Assembly (NCBI GenBank): GCA_025558095.1
Contig: JAIVFI010000030.1
Location: 1-64,000 of the forward strand
Reading direction: 5' to 3'
Length of the DNA stretch: 64,000 nt
From: Hyaloraphidium curvatum SAG 235-1
Taxonomy: Eukaryota > Fungi > Monoblepharomycota
The position numbers were made by a program, and so were the translations under genes. The notes under the pieces are model-generated. The model had not been told where the DNA came from. It did not search any database and was given only the letters and a program-made list of their open reading frames with translations. Below are positions 24,251 through 36,114 of the stretch, one piece after another (the stretch's first letter is position 1; each line of letters begins with the position of its first letter).

Positions 24251-25478
24251 ATGGCGCTGGCAAACAGCGTGAGGCCGACGGCGGACCTCACCCCGATCCC
24301 CGTCGCCGCATCGCGCACCGTCCACACGCACCTGATCCGCCCCGACGAATGCGACCACCGCTCCGTCGCCTTCGGCGGCACCATCCTCGCCTTCGTCGAC
24401 ATCATCGCGGGCGTCAGCGCGGCCAAGGTCGCCCGCGGCGCCGTGGTCACGCAGAGCCTGGACAGCGTGTCGTTCCTGGAGCCGGCTCGGCAGGGGGACA
24501 TGCTGATCGTCTCGGCGAGCGTGAACCGCTGCTGGAAGAGCTCGCTCGAGGCGGGGGTGAGGGTCGAGGCGGAGAACTGCGTGTCGGGGGCGCGGAGGTT
24601 CGTGTGCCAGGTGAGCTGCGCGACGGGTCGCACTTTGCCGCGTCCAATGACCTCGGCCCGTCCCCGTTCACGCTTCTCAACCCCCCATTCGACCCGTTCC
24701 AGGCCTACCTCACCTTCGTCGCCCTCGACCCCACCACCGGCAAATCCGTCTCCGTCCCCCCCGTCGTCCCCGAGACCGACGCCGAGAAGCAGCGGCACGC
24801 GCTCGCCGAAACCCGCCGCCAGGCCCGCACCGCCTCCCGCACCCCACCTCCCCCCACGGTACCCGGCGTCCCCCTCGCCCGCGCCGTCCCCCGCGCGGGC
24901 CCGCCCCGCGCCGGGCCCGACGGCAGCCTCGCGAGGCCCTCGGGCGATTCCTACGTCGAGAGCGTGCACAGCGTGTTCCCGCACATGGCCAACCACACGG
25001 GCAACACCTTCGGCGGCAGCATCATGCGGCTCATGGAGCAGGCCGCCGTGCTCTCGGGCTACCGGCACGCGCGCTCGCCGGTGGTCACCGCCTCCTTCGA
25101 CCGCATCGCGTTCATGGGCCCGTCCCGCACGGGGGACCTCCTGGTCGTGCGGAGCTGGGTGACCGCCGCGTGGGGAGCGAGCTGCGAGGTGTACGCGCAG
25201 GTGGCAGTGCAGAGCCCCAGGGAGAGGAGGGCGATCGTGGACGGGTACGTGACCATGGTCGCGCTGGATTCGTCGGGGAGCAGGGTGGGCGTGCCGGCGG
25301 CGGTGCCCGAGACGGAGGAGGAGAAGCAGAAGGCGTGGGTGATACCGGCGGCTGGGGGATCCGCGGTCGCGACTGACGAAATCCATGTCGGGACAGCGTC
25401 GGGGCCACGGATCGGCGCAAGGCCAGGCTGGAGCAGAAGAGGCTGCTCGAATCCAGACCCGAGACGCCCAAGCTGTGA
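24251..25478 (+). CDS. Double hot-dog acyl-CoA thioesterase
   Basis: Two hot-dog motifs (AFGGTILAFVD; NHTGNTFGGSIMRLME); introns near 24611-24703 and 25335-25397. Ends ...ETPKL*, a possible PTS1 variant. Confidence 0.88.
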
Positions 25479-25649
25479 GCTTCGGAGAGAGGGGGTGGAC
25501 TCGCAAGGTGTCCAGGCTATGGAACGGGGTCGTCGGTCACGAGGCGAAGCCAACGTCCGGGAGCCGCGAGCAGCAATAGAGCATCTATCTGCCGCCCTGA
25601 TCCCGACACTTTTCCGGTCGCTCCACCACCGCCGAGACCGATGGGCCCC

Positions 25650-26421
25650 TCAGAGCTCCTCCTTGTTGTCGCCGATGATCTCGAGCAGCTCCACGTCGAA
25701 CACGAGCGCGGCGTTGGCTTTTCCCGGGAATCAGCAAGGCCTGCGGAGATGGAACGGCGGGAAGACCCACGAGGGATGACGCCGCCGGCACCACGCGAGC
25801 CGTAGCCGAGGTCCGAGGGGATGGTGAGCTTGCGGATCTCGCCGACGCACATGCTGCGAGGGGGGGAGGGGGTGTGAGGATGGGTCGCGGGCTCGCTAAT
25901 CCAGGCGGCGGTAGGAGGCCCGAGGACCAGGGTAGGCCACCGGGCGGTCCGGAAAAGGCCCGGGAACGGCCTGCCGGTAGAATCGAGACGGCCGAATGGC
26001 GTGAAGGACGCGTCCGCCCTTCCTGGCCCGTCCGCACCTCCCCGCCCCGCCGCCGCTGCTTCCCCCGACGCTCACCCAGTCAGGCCCTGGTCCCAGCCAC
26101 GAATAACCTGCCCAGCGCCGAGCTTGAACTCAAATGGGCTATTGCGGTCCCTGGACGAGTCAAACTTCTTCCCGTCCTCGAAGAGCGTCCCGGTGTAGTG
26201 CATCTTGAGCCGGTCGCTGTCCCGTGTGTCAGGCCGCCATTTTCCCCGCGAATGCGGCCGCCGGGGCCGTCCGCCCACCCGTTCTTGGACTTGCGCTCGC
26301 ACGACTCGGGCTTGTGCTTCACGCCAATCTGCAGCTTGGTCGGGGCCTCCTTGGCGAGCGCCGGCAGGGCAAAAGCGAGCGCCGCAAAGAGCGCGAGGAG
26401 GAGGAGGGAGAGGCGGCGCAT
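25650..26421 (-). CDS. FPR2: ER-resident FKBP-type peptidyl-prolyl isomerase (FKBP13/FKBP2 type)
   Basis: Signal peptide; [62 protein letters not shown]; C-terminal KEEL. Confidence 0.93.
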
Positions 26422-26816
26422 GGCGGGAATGGGTGGAGGGCGGAGGAAACAGGTGTTCGACGTGGCGTGGCGGGCGGCGAGGGACTCGGCCGCGCTGACA
26501 CCGAGCCCCCAAAGGGACGTCGGCCCGGCCGCAGCCGCAGGGGCGTGAAAGATGCCGAGGCAGCTGGATTCAGATTGATTCTGTTTGGGATTCGCGGCTC
26601 TCGCCCGGATCCCGACGATTCGGCCCTCCGAGTATGGCGCCGGCTCCGACGCCTGCCGGCCAATCAGGAGCCTCGGACGTTCAGCAGCCCGGGGTGAAGA
26701 CCACTGCTTGATTTCATCGAAATAAAATCCATTGACTTTATTGGGGAAGGACGTGCCCCTCCGATGTCCAGGGAGCGACGGCCAGTCAAGACGTCACTCG
26801 GCGACGACCCACCGCG

Positions 26817-27290
26817 ATGGATGAACCAAAGAAGGCCGCCGACGACGAAGCCTTCCTCGCCGAGCTGCTCTTCTCCTCGTTCCCGGTCTCGCTCCCCACG
26901 TTGCCCGCGCGAACCGCCCTCGCCACGCGTACCGACACCGCGGAGGACTCGGACCGACTCGTGCCCTCCCGCACGGCGCTCCTGTCCCGCCTGGCCGAGG
27001 CATCGGCCGCACGCGGTGCCGCCCGGGTCGGCATCGTCGCGTGCGTCGTGGATCCCGCACCGGCGGTCTGCGTGCGGGGCGAGGGACCCCTGCCGGGGTC
27101 TCGCGTACGCGTCTTCGTTGCCGCCGAGGGCCCGGACGCGGGAATCGCGGCTCTGCTTGCCAAGCGGTACGGCGGAACTGACAAGACGGGGACTGTCGAG
27201 TTCAACCTGATCATCGATGAGCTGGAGCGTTGGGCCAAGGCGGCGGGCGGACGCGTTTCTTCGGCGGCCGAGGGGGGATACTGCTCGTGA
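26817..27290 (+). CDS. Hypothetical protein (157 aa)
   Basis: Uninterrupted ATG ORF with ordinary composition and GC3 bias; no motif recognised. Confidence 0.5.
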   Translation: MDEPKKAADDEAFLAELLFSSFPVSLPTLPARTALATRTDTAEDSDRLVPSRTALLSRLAEASAARGAARVGIVACVVDPAPAVCVRGEGPLPGSRVRVFVAAEGPDAGIAALLAKRYGGTDKTGTVEFNLIIDELERWAKAAGGRVSSAAEGGYCS

Positions 27291-27385
27291 CCGTGACTGC
27301 ACGTCTTGGGACTCGGAACGCGCCGTGCCCTCTTTTCTCTTCCCTGCCGCACGCGTAAATCGGTCTCCGCACCCGGATCCGGCCC

Positions 27386-28979
27386 TTACACGGTCCCCAC
27401 CGCGTTGGCCGGCGACCCGACGGCTTTCGGCAGGTTCAGCGGCGGCGCCGTGAGGAAGAACCGCGAGCGGCCCTTGCTCCGGAGGTGCTTGGCCAGCGCA
27501 GTGAGGTACCAGAACTCGCCTGGCGGACGGAAGGGTCAGTGCCAGACTGGCAGGGGGAGCAGGTCGGATGGACCCACCGAGGTTCACGCCGAGCTTGAAG
27601 AGCGCGTGCTCGTGCAGCGGGAGGGGGTGGTGCGGCTTGGTCGGGTCGGGGGGAGGGCGGGAGGGCAGGCCTTCGACGGCGAACTGCGGTTGCGGCGGCG
27701 CGCGAACGTCACGGCGCGGCAGGCCAACACGAAATCGCCGGAATCAGCTCCCCAGTCCTCGCAGAGGTCGAGTGCGACCCACATTGTCGGCGATCAGCGA
27801 CACCGCCCCGCTGTCCGTGACCCACTGCCTCAGCGCCGGGTCGCGACCGTCCAGCACCGCGCACGAGTTCTCCATCTCCTCCTTGGTCGGCGCCCCGTCG
27901 CGGTCCAGGATCATCTGCGCGAAGCCGGTGTGGAAGCACACTGTGGGTTCCACGTTGGATGCTGTCAGTACCCTGGGAAGGGCGCGGACGAGGCGGCGCT
28001 GCGGACCCACCCATGTCGCCGGGCTCCACCACGACCTTGTCCTTGTCCATGATTTCCTTGAGCTCCTTGTACCCGATCCACTTCCGCTCGTTGCCGTAGT
28101 GCGCGTGGATGTCGATCATCACCGCGCGCCCCTGGATCGGCTGCCGTGGGAGGGAGGGCGTGAGCCCATCCGGCGGAGACAGCCTGTGGGAGCCCACCTT
28201 GGACGCCATGTTCTCCACGCCCAGCTTGAGCGCACCGACGTGCTCACGCTCCGTGCCCTTGACGGGCTCCCCGGTCGCGAGGTCGTAGTCGATTGTGCCG
28301 ATGATGTCCTTGCCGGCGGCGAAGCCGTTGTAGAACCTGCGAGACGCCTTCAGCCGGCCGCGAGAGCGGCAACGAGGAGCAAACGTACATGGGGACGAGG
28401 TTGCCGTCGCCAAAGGGGTCGTGCAGCGCGCCGACGTGGGCGAGCGAGTCCCATTGCTGGCGGGGCCGGGGTCAGCACAGGCCAGCGATCGGGCCAATCG
28501 ACGCGTGCACACAGTCGAGTACTGGAGGACGATGTCAACGCGGTCGTCGCATCCCACGCTCGTCAGGAGAGGGTCGATGCGGCGTGATAGGCCGCAGAAG
28601 GCCGGGGAGCCGTCGACGCTGTGCACATATGGGAGCTCCGTTAGGACCAAATGTGAACGACACGCCCAGCGAGCCCACCGGACCGTGGGAGACAGCTTGG
28701 GAGCGTAGCGCTGAGGATGTACAAGCCAATTCGTCTTCGGGATGTCGAGAGGCAGACTGAGGCAGAAGCTGATGCCCTCCTTGACCTCCGCCGCGCCCTC
28801 GAGCACCTTGGCCGGGGTAAGAAGGTTCAAACGGCCGATCTGGTCGTCTTCGCCCCAGTCTCCCCACTACGGCGCCGAAGTGATGAGCGGGATGGTCGAC
28901 GCGTCTCCCACGCGCTGCGCACCGTGGAGCCCTCGGGGCGGTGCGTCCAGCGAGACGTTTTGGCTACGGCGGGTGCCAT
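27386..28979 (-). CDS. Putative cyclase / kynurenine-formamidase-like metal-dependent hydrolase (many introns)
   Basis: MAPAVAKTSRWTHRPEGST|WGDWGEDDQIGRLNLLTP, FCLSLPLDIP, LQYST|QWDSLAH, FYNGF, IQGRAVMID, C-terminal FFLTAPPLNLPKAVGSPANAVGTV*. Confidence 0.85.
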
Positions 28980-29527
28980 CGCAGTATGGCGTGTTGGAGT
29001 CGCGGTTAAGAAGCGCGGTTTGGCGGACGTGTCTCCCTTTCGGCACGGCGCGTGGCAAGGGACTCTGGCGTGATTCCCGCGGCGGGAGGAAACCCAGGAG
29101 GCGCTTCGCGACACGCTCGAGATCGCGGAAAGACGGGTTGCTAGGGTGGAGAACAAAGGCGAGGCAAGGGTGGTGATCACCGCATCCGCGGACGAGGGAG
29201 CTCGCGAGTGTCTCGAAGCTCTTTCCGGGGGTAACCGTTGTCGAGAATTGAGGTTGGATCGGGGACCGCGGCTAGTCCGAAGATGCCTGACCGTGGCAGA
29301 TCAAGAACGCTGGCGACGTAACCACATGAATTAAGAACTTCGCGTGGATGTGGTCTGCCGTTGCGGGGCCGGGCGGACTGACTTTGCCACCAAGTGCGCC
29401 CCACCAAGTGCGCCCCGGTGAATCCCAACGACCCGCTCCGCTTCCCCTCCCCCGGACGCGTTCCTCCGTTCCGCCTTCGCCTCCCGATCCACTCCCCCGA
29501 ACCTCCCCTCCCCGCCCCGCGCCCGAA

Positions 29528-30761
29528 ATGTCCGCCCCCGAGCTCCCGGAACCCACGACGCGGCTGGTCAACAAATCGACCGGCAAGGGCCGCACGGCCT
29601 TCATCACCGGCTCCGCGCAGGGTTCGTTCGTCCCCCCCTCGCGCCGAGAGTTGAGACACGCGCTGATCGACGCGCGGGGAAGGATTCGGCAGGGAGACGG
29701 CGCTGCTCTTTGCGGTGCACGGCGCGTCGGCGGTCGCCATCTCGTCGGTCCCCTTCCCCTTCCCGTCGCCCGCATCTCACGCGTCGTTCCGCGGCAGAGA
29801 CATACCCTCCAAGGAGGCCGCGGGGCGCAAGGTGTGCGAGGAGGTGGTCGCGGCCGGCGGGGGGAAGTGCAAGGCCGAGTGGTGGGCGGCACCCCGTCCT
29901 TTGCCAGATGCGGGGGGAGGCTGACAATGTTGGAGGTTCCCCCTGGACGTGACCAACGAGTCGGAGTGGGAGGCGCAGATGGCGCGGTTCGAGGAACTCT
30001 ACGGCCCGCTGGACATCATGTGGGTCGTCCATTCCCGCCGCTCCGACGGGACGGGGGCCGACGGAAACGACGCGGGACAGGGTCGCCAACGCGGGCATCT
30101 TCTTCCACGAGGGCCCGCTGGAGGACATCTCCCTCTCCGAGTTCAGGCGCGTGCAGGCCGTCAACGTCGACGGCGTCTTCCTCGCCTCCAAGTACGCCAT
30201 CCGCTCCTTCAAGAAGCGGCTCGGGGACGGGCCGGACAAGCCCAAGGAGGCCGCGAGCATCGTCAACCTGTCGTCGATCGCGGGGCTGATCGGATCGGCG
30301 AACCATCCTGCGTGTGGGTCGCCTGCGGGCGCGGCGGCAACGGGGTCGGCTGACGCGGAGCGTGGCAGACGGTGCGTCCAAGGGCGCCGTGAGGATCTTC
30401 ACCAAGGCCACGGCCATGTACCTCGCCCGCGCGGGCTACAACGCGCGCTGCAACAGCGTCCACCCCGTGGGTCCCCGCCTCGCACCCCACGCACCCCCCG
30501 TGCTTCTGACTCCCCCGGCGCAGGGCCTGATGGTCACGCAGATGTGGACGGACGTGTTCCCGCAGGAGGCCGCGGCGCAGAACACCCCCATCGGGCGCGG
30601 GGGCACGGCCAGGGACGTGGCGAATTTGATCGTCTACCTTTCGAGCTCCGAGTCGGACTTTTCCACCGGTGGGTTGTCGGCTTGCCGTGGCAGGGCGGGG
30701 GCTGATTGGAGCGGGGACAGGGGCCGAGTTCGTCGTGGACGGCGGCGTGACCGCAGTATGA
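29528..30761 (+). CDS. Short-chain dehydrogenase/reductase (multi-exon)
   Basis: TGSAQG, LDVT, NAGI, NLSSIAG, Y-x3-K (ASKGAV), NSVHP, FVVDGG. Confidence 0.9.
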
Positions 30762-30787
30762 AGCACGCCCTGTACCGGCCGTCTGAA

Positions 30788-31777
30788 TTACATCCTCCAA
30801 TCACCCCGCGCCCACGGGCCCCTGTCCGGCAACGCCTGGGCGGGGCTCATATCCTCCTGCACCTGCGACTCCGGAAAACAGGGCTTCCCGGGCGGGAACG
30901 CCATCCACTTTGGGCAGTACCCGACGAACTGGTGCAGATCGGGCTCGGGCGCCCCGCCGTCCAGCGTGCCCAGGTAGATGAGCACGATGTTCTGGGAAGC
31001 CATCCGCTCCGCGCGCGCGAACAGGCGGACGCCGCACGTGGGGCAGTGCGACATGGTCACCGTCCTCCCGTGGGGCGGGATGACCGCCGTGTACTCCGCC
31101 GTCGTCCCCGTGACGGAGATGTCGGAGGGCAGGTAGAACCCGAGGAGGTTCATGGCGGTGCCGCAGTACCGCGCGCAGAAGCGGCAGTGGCACGCGGCGA
31201 CCTTGCCCCTGGGGGCGCACCGGGCGGTGTAGCGCACGGCGCCGCAGAGGCAGCCGCCCTCCCACTTTTCGCGGGTGTTCATGGGGCCGGGGGAGGAGGG
31301 GTGGTCCAGGACAAAGGCAGCGTCCGGGTGCGGGAGGGGGGCGTTGACCTTGCCGGTGGCGGGGTCGGCCCGCCCGTCGAGGTAGACCTCCGCGGAGCCC
31401 GGGAACGCGCGCCACACCGCGTGCCTCACAAACTGATGGATCTTCACGTCGATGAAGTCGGGGTCGTCGAAGGTGCCGACGGGGATCATCCTCAGCGTCG
31501 GCGCGGCGTCGACCAGCAGGCCGACGCGGGTGCCGCACCGCCCGCAGAACTCCAGCGCCATGCCGCGGCCGTGCGCGCCTTTGGTGTCGAACCGCACCGG
31601 CGGGTGGCCGCTGGTCCGCACGTCCCTTTTCCGGTAGAACGCGAGCGCGCTGAACGCCGACGAAGTGGTCCTCTGGCACCACGTGCAGTGGCACGCGAGC
31701 GCCCTCACGGGAGCTCCCGACGCGGCGAAGCGCACGGCGCCGCAGAGGCACCCTCCGGAGTGGGATTCGGCAGCCAT
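30788..31777 (-). CDS. Tandem GFA (CENP-V/Mss4-like) domain protein
   Basis: Two copies of GGCLCGAVR(F/Y)...CHCxxC...(F/H)CxxCG; intronless. Confidence 0.9.
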   Translation of the reverse strand: MAAESHSGGCLCGAVRFAASGAPVRALACHCTWCQRTTSSAFSALAFYRKRDVRTSGHPPVRFDTKGAHGRGMALEFCGRCGTRVGLLVDAAPTLRMIPVGTFDDPDFIDVKIHQFVRHAVWRAFPGSAEVYLDGRADPATGKVNAPLPHPDAAFVLDHPSSPGPMNTREKWEGGCLCGAVRYTARCAPRGKVAACHCRFCARYCGTAMNLLGFYLPSDISVTGTTAEYTAVIPPHGRTVTMSHCPTCGVRLFARAERMASQNIVLIYLGTLDGGAPEPDLHQFVGYCPKWMAFPPGKPCFPESQVQEDMSPAQALPDRGPWARGDWRM

Positions 31778-32166
31778 GGGTTGGGGTAAGCGGGCCGCGT
31801 GGGAGGCAGAAGATGCCGGGCGACTTGCCACCGATCCACTGCTCACTGCTCACTCCAAAGCGTCGTCTGGTGAAAGGTGCGGTGCTAATCCACTCGATTC
31901 CTACGTCCTTGCTCCGGAAAGGCAATCTGGTGGCAGTTTGGTCCAATCCGTTTTGCAATGCGCCGGAAATCGCCCGCGCGGCCCTGCGAGCCCCGGTACT
32001 TGTCCATTTCCATTGGAAACGGAGTTATTGGAGGGTGGATTTTGGGGTACAGCGGTCCTGGGACAACGTTATTGGCAGACCAGTTCACTACAGGGTATCG
32101 AAACCGGCTGACTCTGCTCTCCGCGCTCATGTGCGAGAACCGATCCTTGCCGTGCCGGAAGGGCCA

Positions 32167-33268
32167 TTACGACCTCCTTCGCTTCCGCTGTTCCTCGTCC
32201 GCATTGCTGCCCGCAGTACCAGCAGGAAGCAGCATGTTGGGTAGGCTGGGTATCCCTGCGGTCCGCCCGAACCCGTCCAGCGTCACCCAAGCGAACAGCG
32301 CCGGGATGCTCTTCCCTGAGGTGACGTAGTAGTGCACCGCGGGGTCCAGCGCGGCCAGGAAGTCCGGGGCTGCCCGTGCCTAGGAATCTGAGGTGCTCCG
32401 GGGGTTTGACGGCGAGGTCTGAAGTGGAGAAGCGGTGCGAGTCCTGCTGCGACTTGGAGGATCGCAGCGTAAAGCGCTGGTCAAAAGGTCACTCCTGGCC
32501 AAGGCAGCCACGAGCCTACAGCCGCGACCACCGACGAAAGTGGCCCGGACCGTCCGAGTATCCCGTCCGAGGGGGATGTGCTCCCAATCTCCGGTACAGG
32601 TATTCCGCGTTTGCGATAGAACCTGCTGGTCCGTCCGAGAATGTAGCAGCCGTGCACGAGCCCCTCTCCCTGTCCGGCACGGGGTCATCGTCTCGGATGA
32701 CCGGTAGCGCGTCCCAAACGTTCGGTTGCAGGGCCTTTTTCAGGCCCTCGTGCGGCCACAAAGGCCCCGCAAGGCGGAGCTCCAGCGTCCCGCGCCGCTC
32801 GGCGGAGAGGTGGAGCGTTTTGGCCGTGGCGTTCTTGAGGCCGGCGCCGTCCGTGGCGTGTCCGAGCAGAACGCCCGCAAAGTGGCGGCCATCCTCGGGC
32901 AGGAGCACGTACACGTGCGGCTTGTCGAGCGGGTCGTACGTCCGGTGGACGGTTTGCGGGGACGGTGCCGGGGCCGCGGGGCCGCGGAACTCGTGCGTCC
33001 GCCCGACCACGAACGCGGGCTCGGGCACGTCCCCGTCGCCGATGGGCGTCGCGGCAGCCCAGAGCACGTCCGAGCCGCCGTGCGTCGGGCGGAGCGGACC
33101 GGCGCTCCGGAGCTCCAGCGTGAAGCGGCGCGAGGGTGACAGCGAGAACGCGTCCCCCACCGCCGCGGCGAGCTGTGCGCCCGTCACGGCCCCGTGGACG
33201 GCGACGGCGGCAAAATCCGGGCCGAGCTCAGGCAGGCACACGGAAAACACCGCGTCGCAGGTCGCCAT
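32167..33268 (-). CDS. Protein with two tandem ubiquitin-like (Crinkler-N-like) repeats; 3' part uncertain or possibly broken
   Basis: Internal repeat FAAVAV..GAQL...LSPSRRFTLELRSAGPL.PTHGG versus FAGVLL..GAGL...LSAERRGTLELRLAGPL.PHEG. A downstream coding-like stretch ends RKRRRS* at 32167. Confidence 0.45.
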
Positions 33269-33932
33269 TGTCAAGGAGGAGGGAGGACCGGCATCGTGAG
33301 TGAAACATCGAGAAGTCGGGCAGTCTGGACTCGGGCAAAGTTGCTCGCTCCATGCACCAGGCGCCACCTGGAAGAAAGGCACAACCCGCCTGAATATACT
33401 TGGTCCAGACTTTCTCGATGCCTTTCTCGATGACGATGAGAAGGATCCCGGTGCCAAGGCTGAGTACAATCGTCCGTCCCCAAAGCTCCCACAGTCTCTT
33501 GGCCTCCGTCCACGCTCGAGGCGACCAAGGCACTTGCACACCTGCAATCGAGTCAGACAAAGTAGTCATTTTTCATGGTTTGCCATTGTTTCACTTACCC
33601 GTAGGGACTTCGTCCTCGTCCGGCTCTTCCGTGGCCAGCACCATGAACCCGGGCTCGATCAGTTCAGTCAGAGGACGGAAATCCGGTTCCGTCCACTCCG
33701 AACGACCAGAATCTGCGAGCTCAAGAATGTGCTCCTGGTGCTCTTGGTCGAATTGAAGAGATCCGTTGGCCGTGGGTGGCAGCGGCACCTTGTGGAGCAT
33801 GACGCGCTCCAGCGGAACACCCAGTTCGATTGCGCACCGCGTCCTAAGGTCGCCAATCGAAATGAACCGGTCCTGATTTAGTTCCTGGTGGCGGAACGGG
33901 GCCGTCGCCAGCGCAATCGGGAACGATGCCAT
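33228..33932 (-). CDS. Two-exon protein with an N-terminal Ubl-like segment and one TM helix
   Basis: ATG 33932; intron 33598-33542 (gtaagt...ctgac...cag) joins DLRTRCAIELGVPLERVML... in frame to GVQVPW...IVLSLGTGILLIVI. 3' end uncertain. Confidence 0.55.
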
Positions 33933-33965
33933 TTTTGTTGACGTGGCGGTCGCTGAATCGCGGAT

Positions 33966-33980
33966 CGCCGATTCTGGGCG
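33966..33980. repeat. Left target-site duplication (15 bp)
   Basis: cgccgattctgggcg, identical to 36100-36114. Confidence 0.9.
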
Positions 33981-36099
33981 CTCGGCGGAGCTCCTTTTCC
34001 GGATCACCATGTACGAGGGCAACATCCAGGGCGACCCGCTGTCGTCTGCCATCTTCTCCTGCGCCATGAGCCGCATGCTGCGGCCCCTCCGCTCTGGGCA
34101 CCCCGACTGCCTCATCCTTGGCTACCTCGACGACCTCACCGTGGTCGGGCCGCTCAACTCGGTCATGGCCGTCCTGGGAGAGGTGCGTGACGGCCTTGCT
34201 TCCCTCGGCATGACCCACCGCCCGGACAAGAGCTACCTGCTTTCGCTCTCGACGGACCCGGCCGAGCTGGAGCGGGTGCGCGCGGCCGGTGCGGCCCACA
34301 ACATCCGCGTCGCTGGCTTCCCGCCTCACGAGGCCGACCCCGAGGTGCATGCCACGGCGTCGGCCCCGGGCTCGCCTGACTTCGCTCGCTCGTGCGGCCT
34401 CAAGGTGGTCGGTGCCCCGGTCGGCACCCCTGCCTATGTGGAGTCGTTCCTCGCGGCCAAGATCGACTCCATTGCCGCTCTTCTCGATGAAATCGAGCGC
34501 GCTGCGCTCGGCTACGCCATGCCGGCCGACATCCCCTCCCTCCAGGGCCTGTACTCCCTCCTCCGTCTCTGTGTGACCCAGCTCTTCTCGTTTTGGCTCC
34601 GCATTCTCCCCCCCTCGGTTACCCAACCCTTTGCTCGACGTCTTGACAACGCGCTTTTCACCACCTTCTTGCGCTTGCTGGGAGATCGGGCCGAGGATCT
34701 GGATCCGCTGTCGGTGGAGGGTCGGACTGTGCGGGAGCAGGTATTCTTGGGTCTGCACTACTCGGGGATGGGGCTTCTGTCATCGGAGAAGGTGGCCTCG
34801 GCGGCTTACCTGTCTTCACTCAACCTCACGGCGGGCCCCTTGGACGCCATGCTTGGTCTTCGAACCTCGGCCCGGGGTGTGGGCGTGGAGCACGTGCGGG
34901 AACTGGTTCCCATCATCGAGGCCCTCCGCCCTGCCTTTGAGCGTGTCGAGGATGACACGGCCGCAGCGTACGCCGAGGCTGCGCGTGCTGGGCAACCGGT
35001 GGGCGCCGCGCCCGCCCGCCGTACGCTCCCTGCGGACGCCAGTTTCTTCGCTCAGCCGGTCTGGCACGGCCTGCAGAGCGACCTTACGCGTCTCGAGGAC
35101 CAGCGCCGCCTCGCGGCTCTGATTGCCTTGCAACCCGACACTTCCGCTGGTCTGGAGTGCCGCAAGCGGCTCGTCCAGGCGCAGGACGGCCTGTCGGCTT
35201 TCCTGACTGCCTCTCCCGCGCTGCTTGCCAACCACATTCGCAACTACTTTTTCCGCTTACTTGTACGCTTCCGGCTTTGCCTCCCGCTCCTGCACGAGGC
35301 CGACTACCCTGGTCTTTCCTTGCCCTGCCGGCGGGGATGCAAGCGATCGGCCATGTCGCTGACGGGGGAGCACGCGTTCTCGGGCTGCTATGGCCGGGAT
35401 CTCTTCAGTCCTGGTCACGACGACATTTGCGCGGCCATCCGCGCGGCGCTTCGCTCCATCCCGCTCCTCCGCGTGCACCCCATGCCGCCAAACCTCCTTG
35501 CACATGGCTACGAGACTGTCACCCCGCCCACGCCTGCGGATGCTGGCCGCCTTGGAGACGTTCTCATCACGCACCGCGAAACCCGGAAACGGTGGTTGCT
35601 CGAGATCAAGACCCTCACCTCTATGGCCCATTTGCACACGGGCCTGGTCTTCTCGGTCCCGGGCCACGCAGTCGAACGGCGGGTCGAGGCCGCCAGGAAG
35701 GACTACTCCCGTTTCGTCTTCAACGCCAACTTCTACCCTCTGATCGTGATTGCTTTTGATTCGTACAGCGCTGTCTCTGACACTTTCTCGCGCTTCTCCT
35801 CGGAGATGGGGCGCATCCAGTATCCCGGGATCGTCGGCCGCGATGGGCAGCCCGTGGACCTCGATGGCCTTTACTCTCGTTTTGTGCGGCGCTTCCGCGA
35901 ACGGATCGCGGTGGCCTGGGCTCTTGGCGTCGCGGCCCAACTCCAACACTGGCTTCAGCTGTGCACCGAAGCCGCCGCTGTCAACGCTCCGGCCCCCGCG
36001 CCGGTCGCTTTTGGTTTGAATGTAGATGAGGAGCTGATTCTTGGGGCGTAGGGGGATTTCTAAGTGTACGGTGGGATTGCTAGCTCCTCATTACACCAA
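33981..36099 (+). mobile_element. 5'-truncated non-LTR retrotransposon with RT and a C-terminal restriction-like endonuclease (CRE-like clade)
   Basis: QGDPLS, YLDD, LKVVGAPVG, GMGL, CRRGC...EHAFSGC, HDDI, GDVLI...LEIKT, AFDSYS. Flanked by the identical 15-mer cgccgattctgggcg. Confidence 0.92.
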
Positions 36100-36114
36100 C
36101 GCCGATTCTGGGCG
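36100..36114. repeat. Right target-site duplication (15 bp)
   Basis: cgccgattctgggcg, identical to 33966-33980. Confidence 0.9.

Noticed and set aside
33943-33980. GTG start of the 702-aa RT ORF
   Set aside because: Lies outside the element, before and within the TSD. The element is 5'-truncated and lacks the early RT motifs.
33981-36099. Possible retron, group II intron, DGR or telomerase RT
   Set aside because: The C-terminal Cys/His knuckle, PD-(D/E)xK-like nuclease, 5' truncation and TSD fit a non-LTR retrotransposon.
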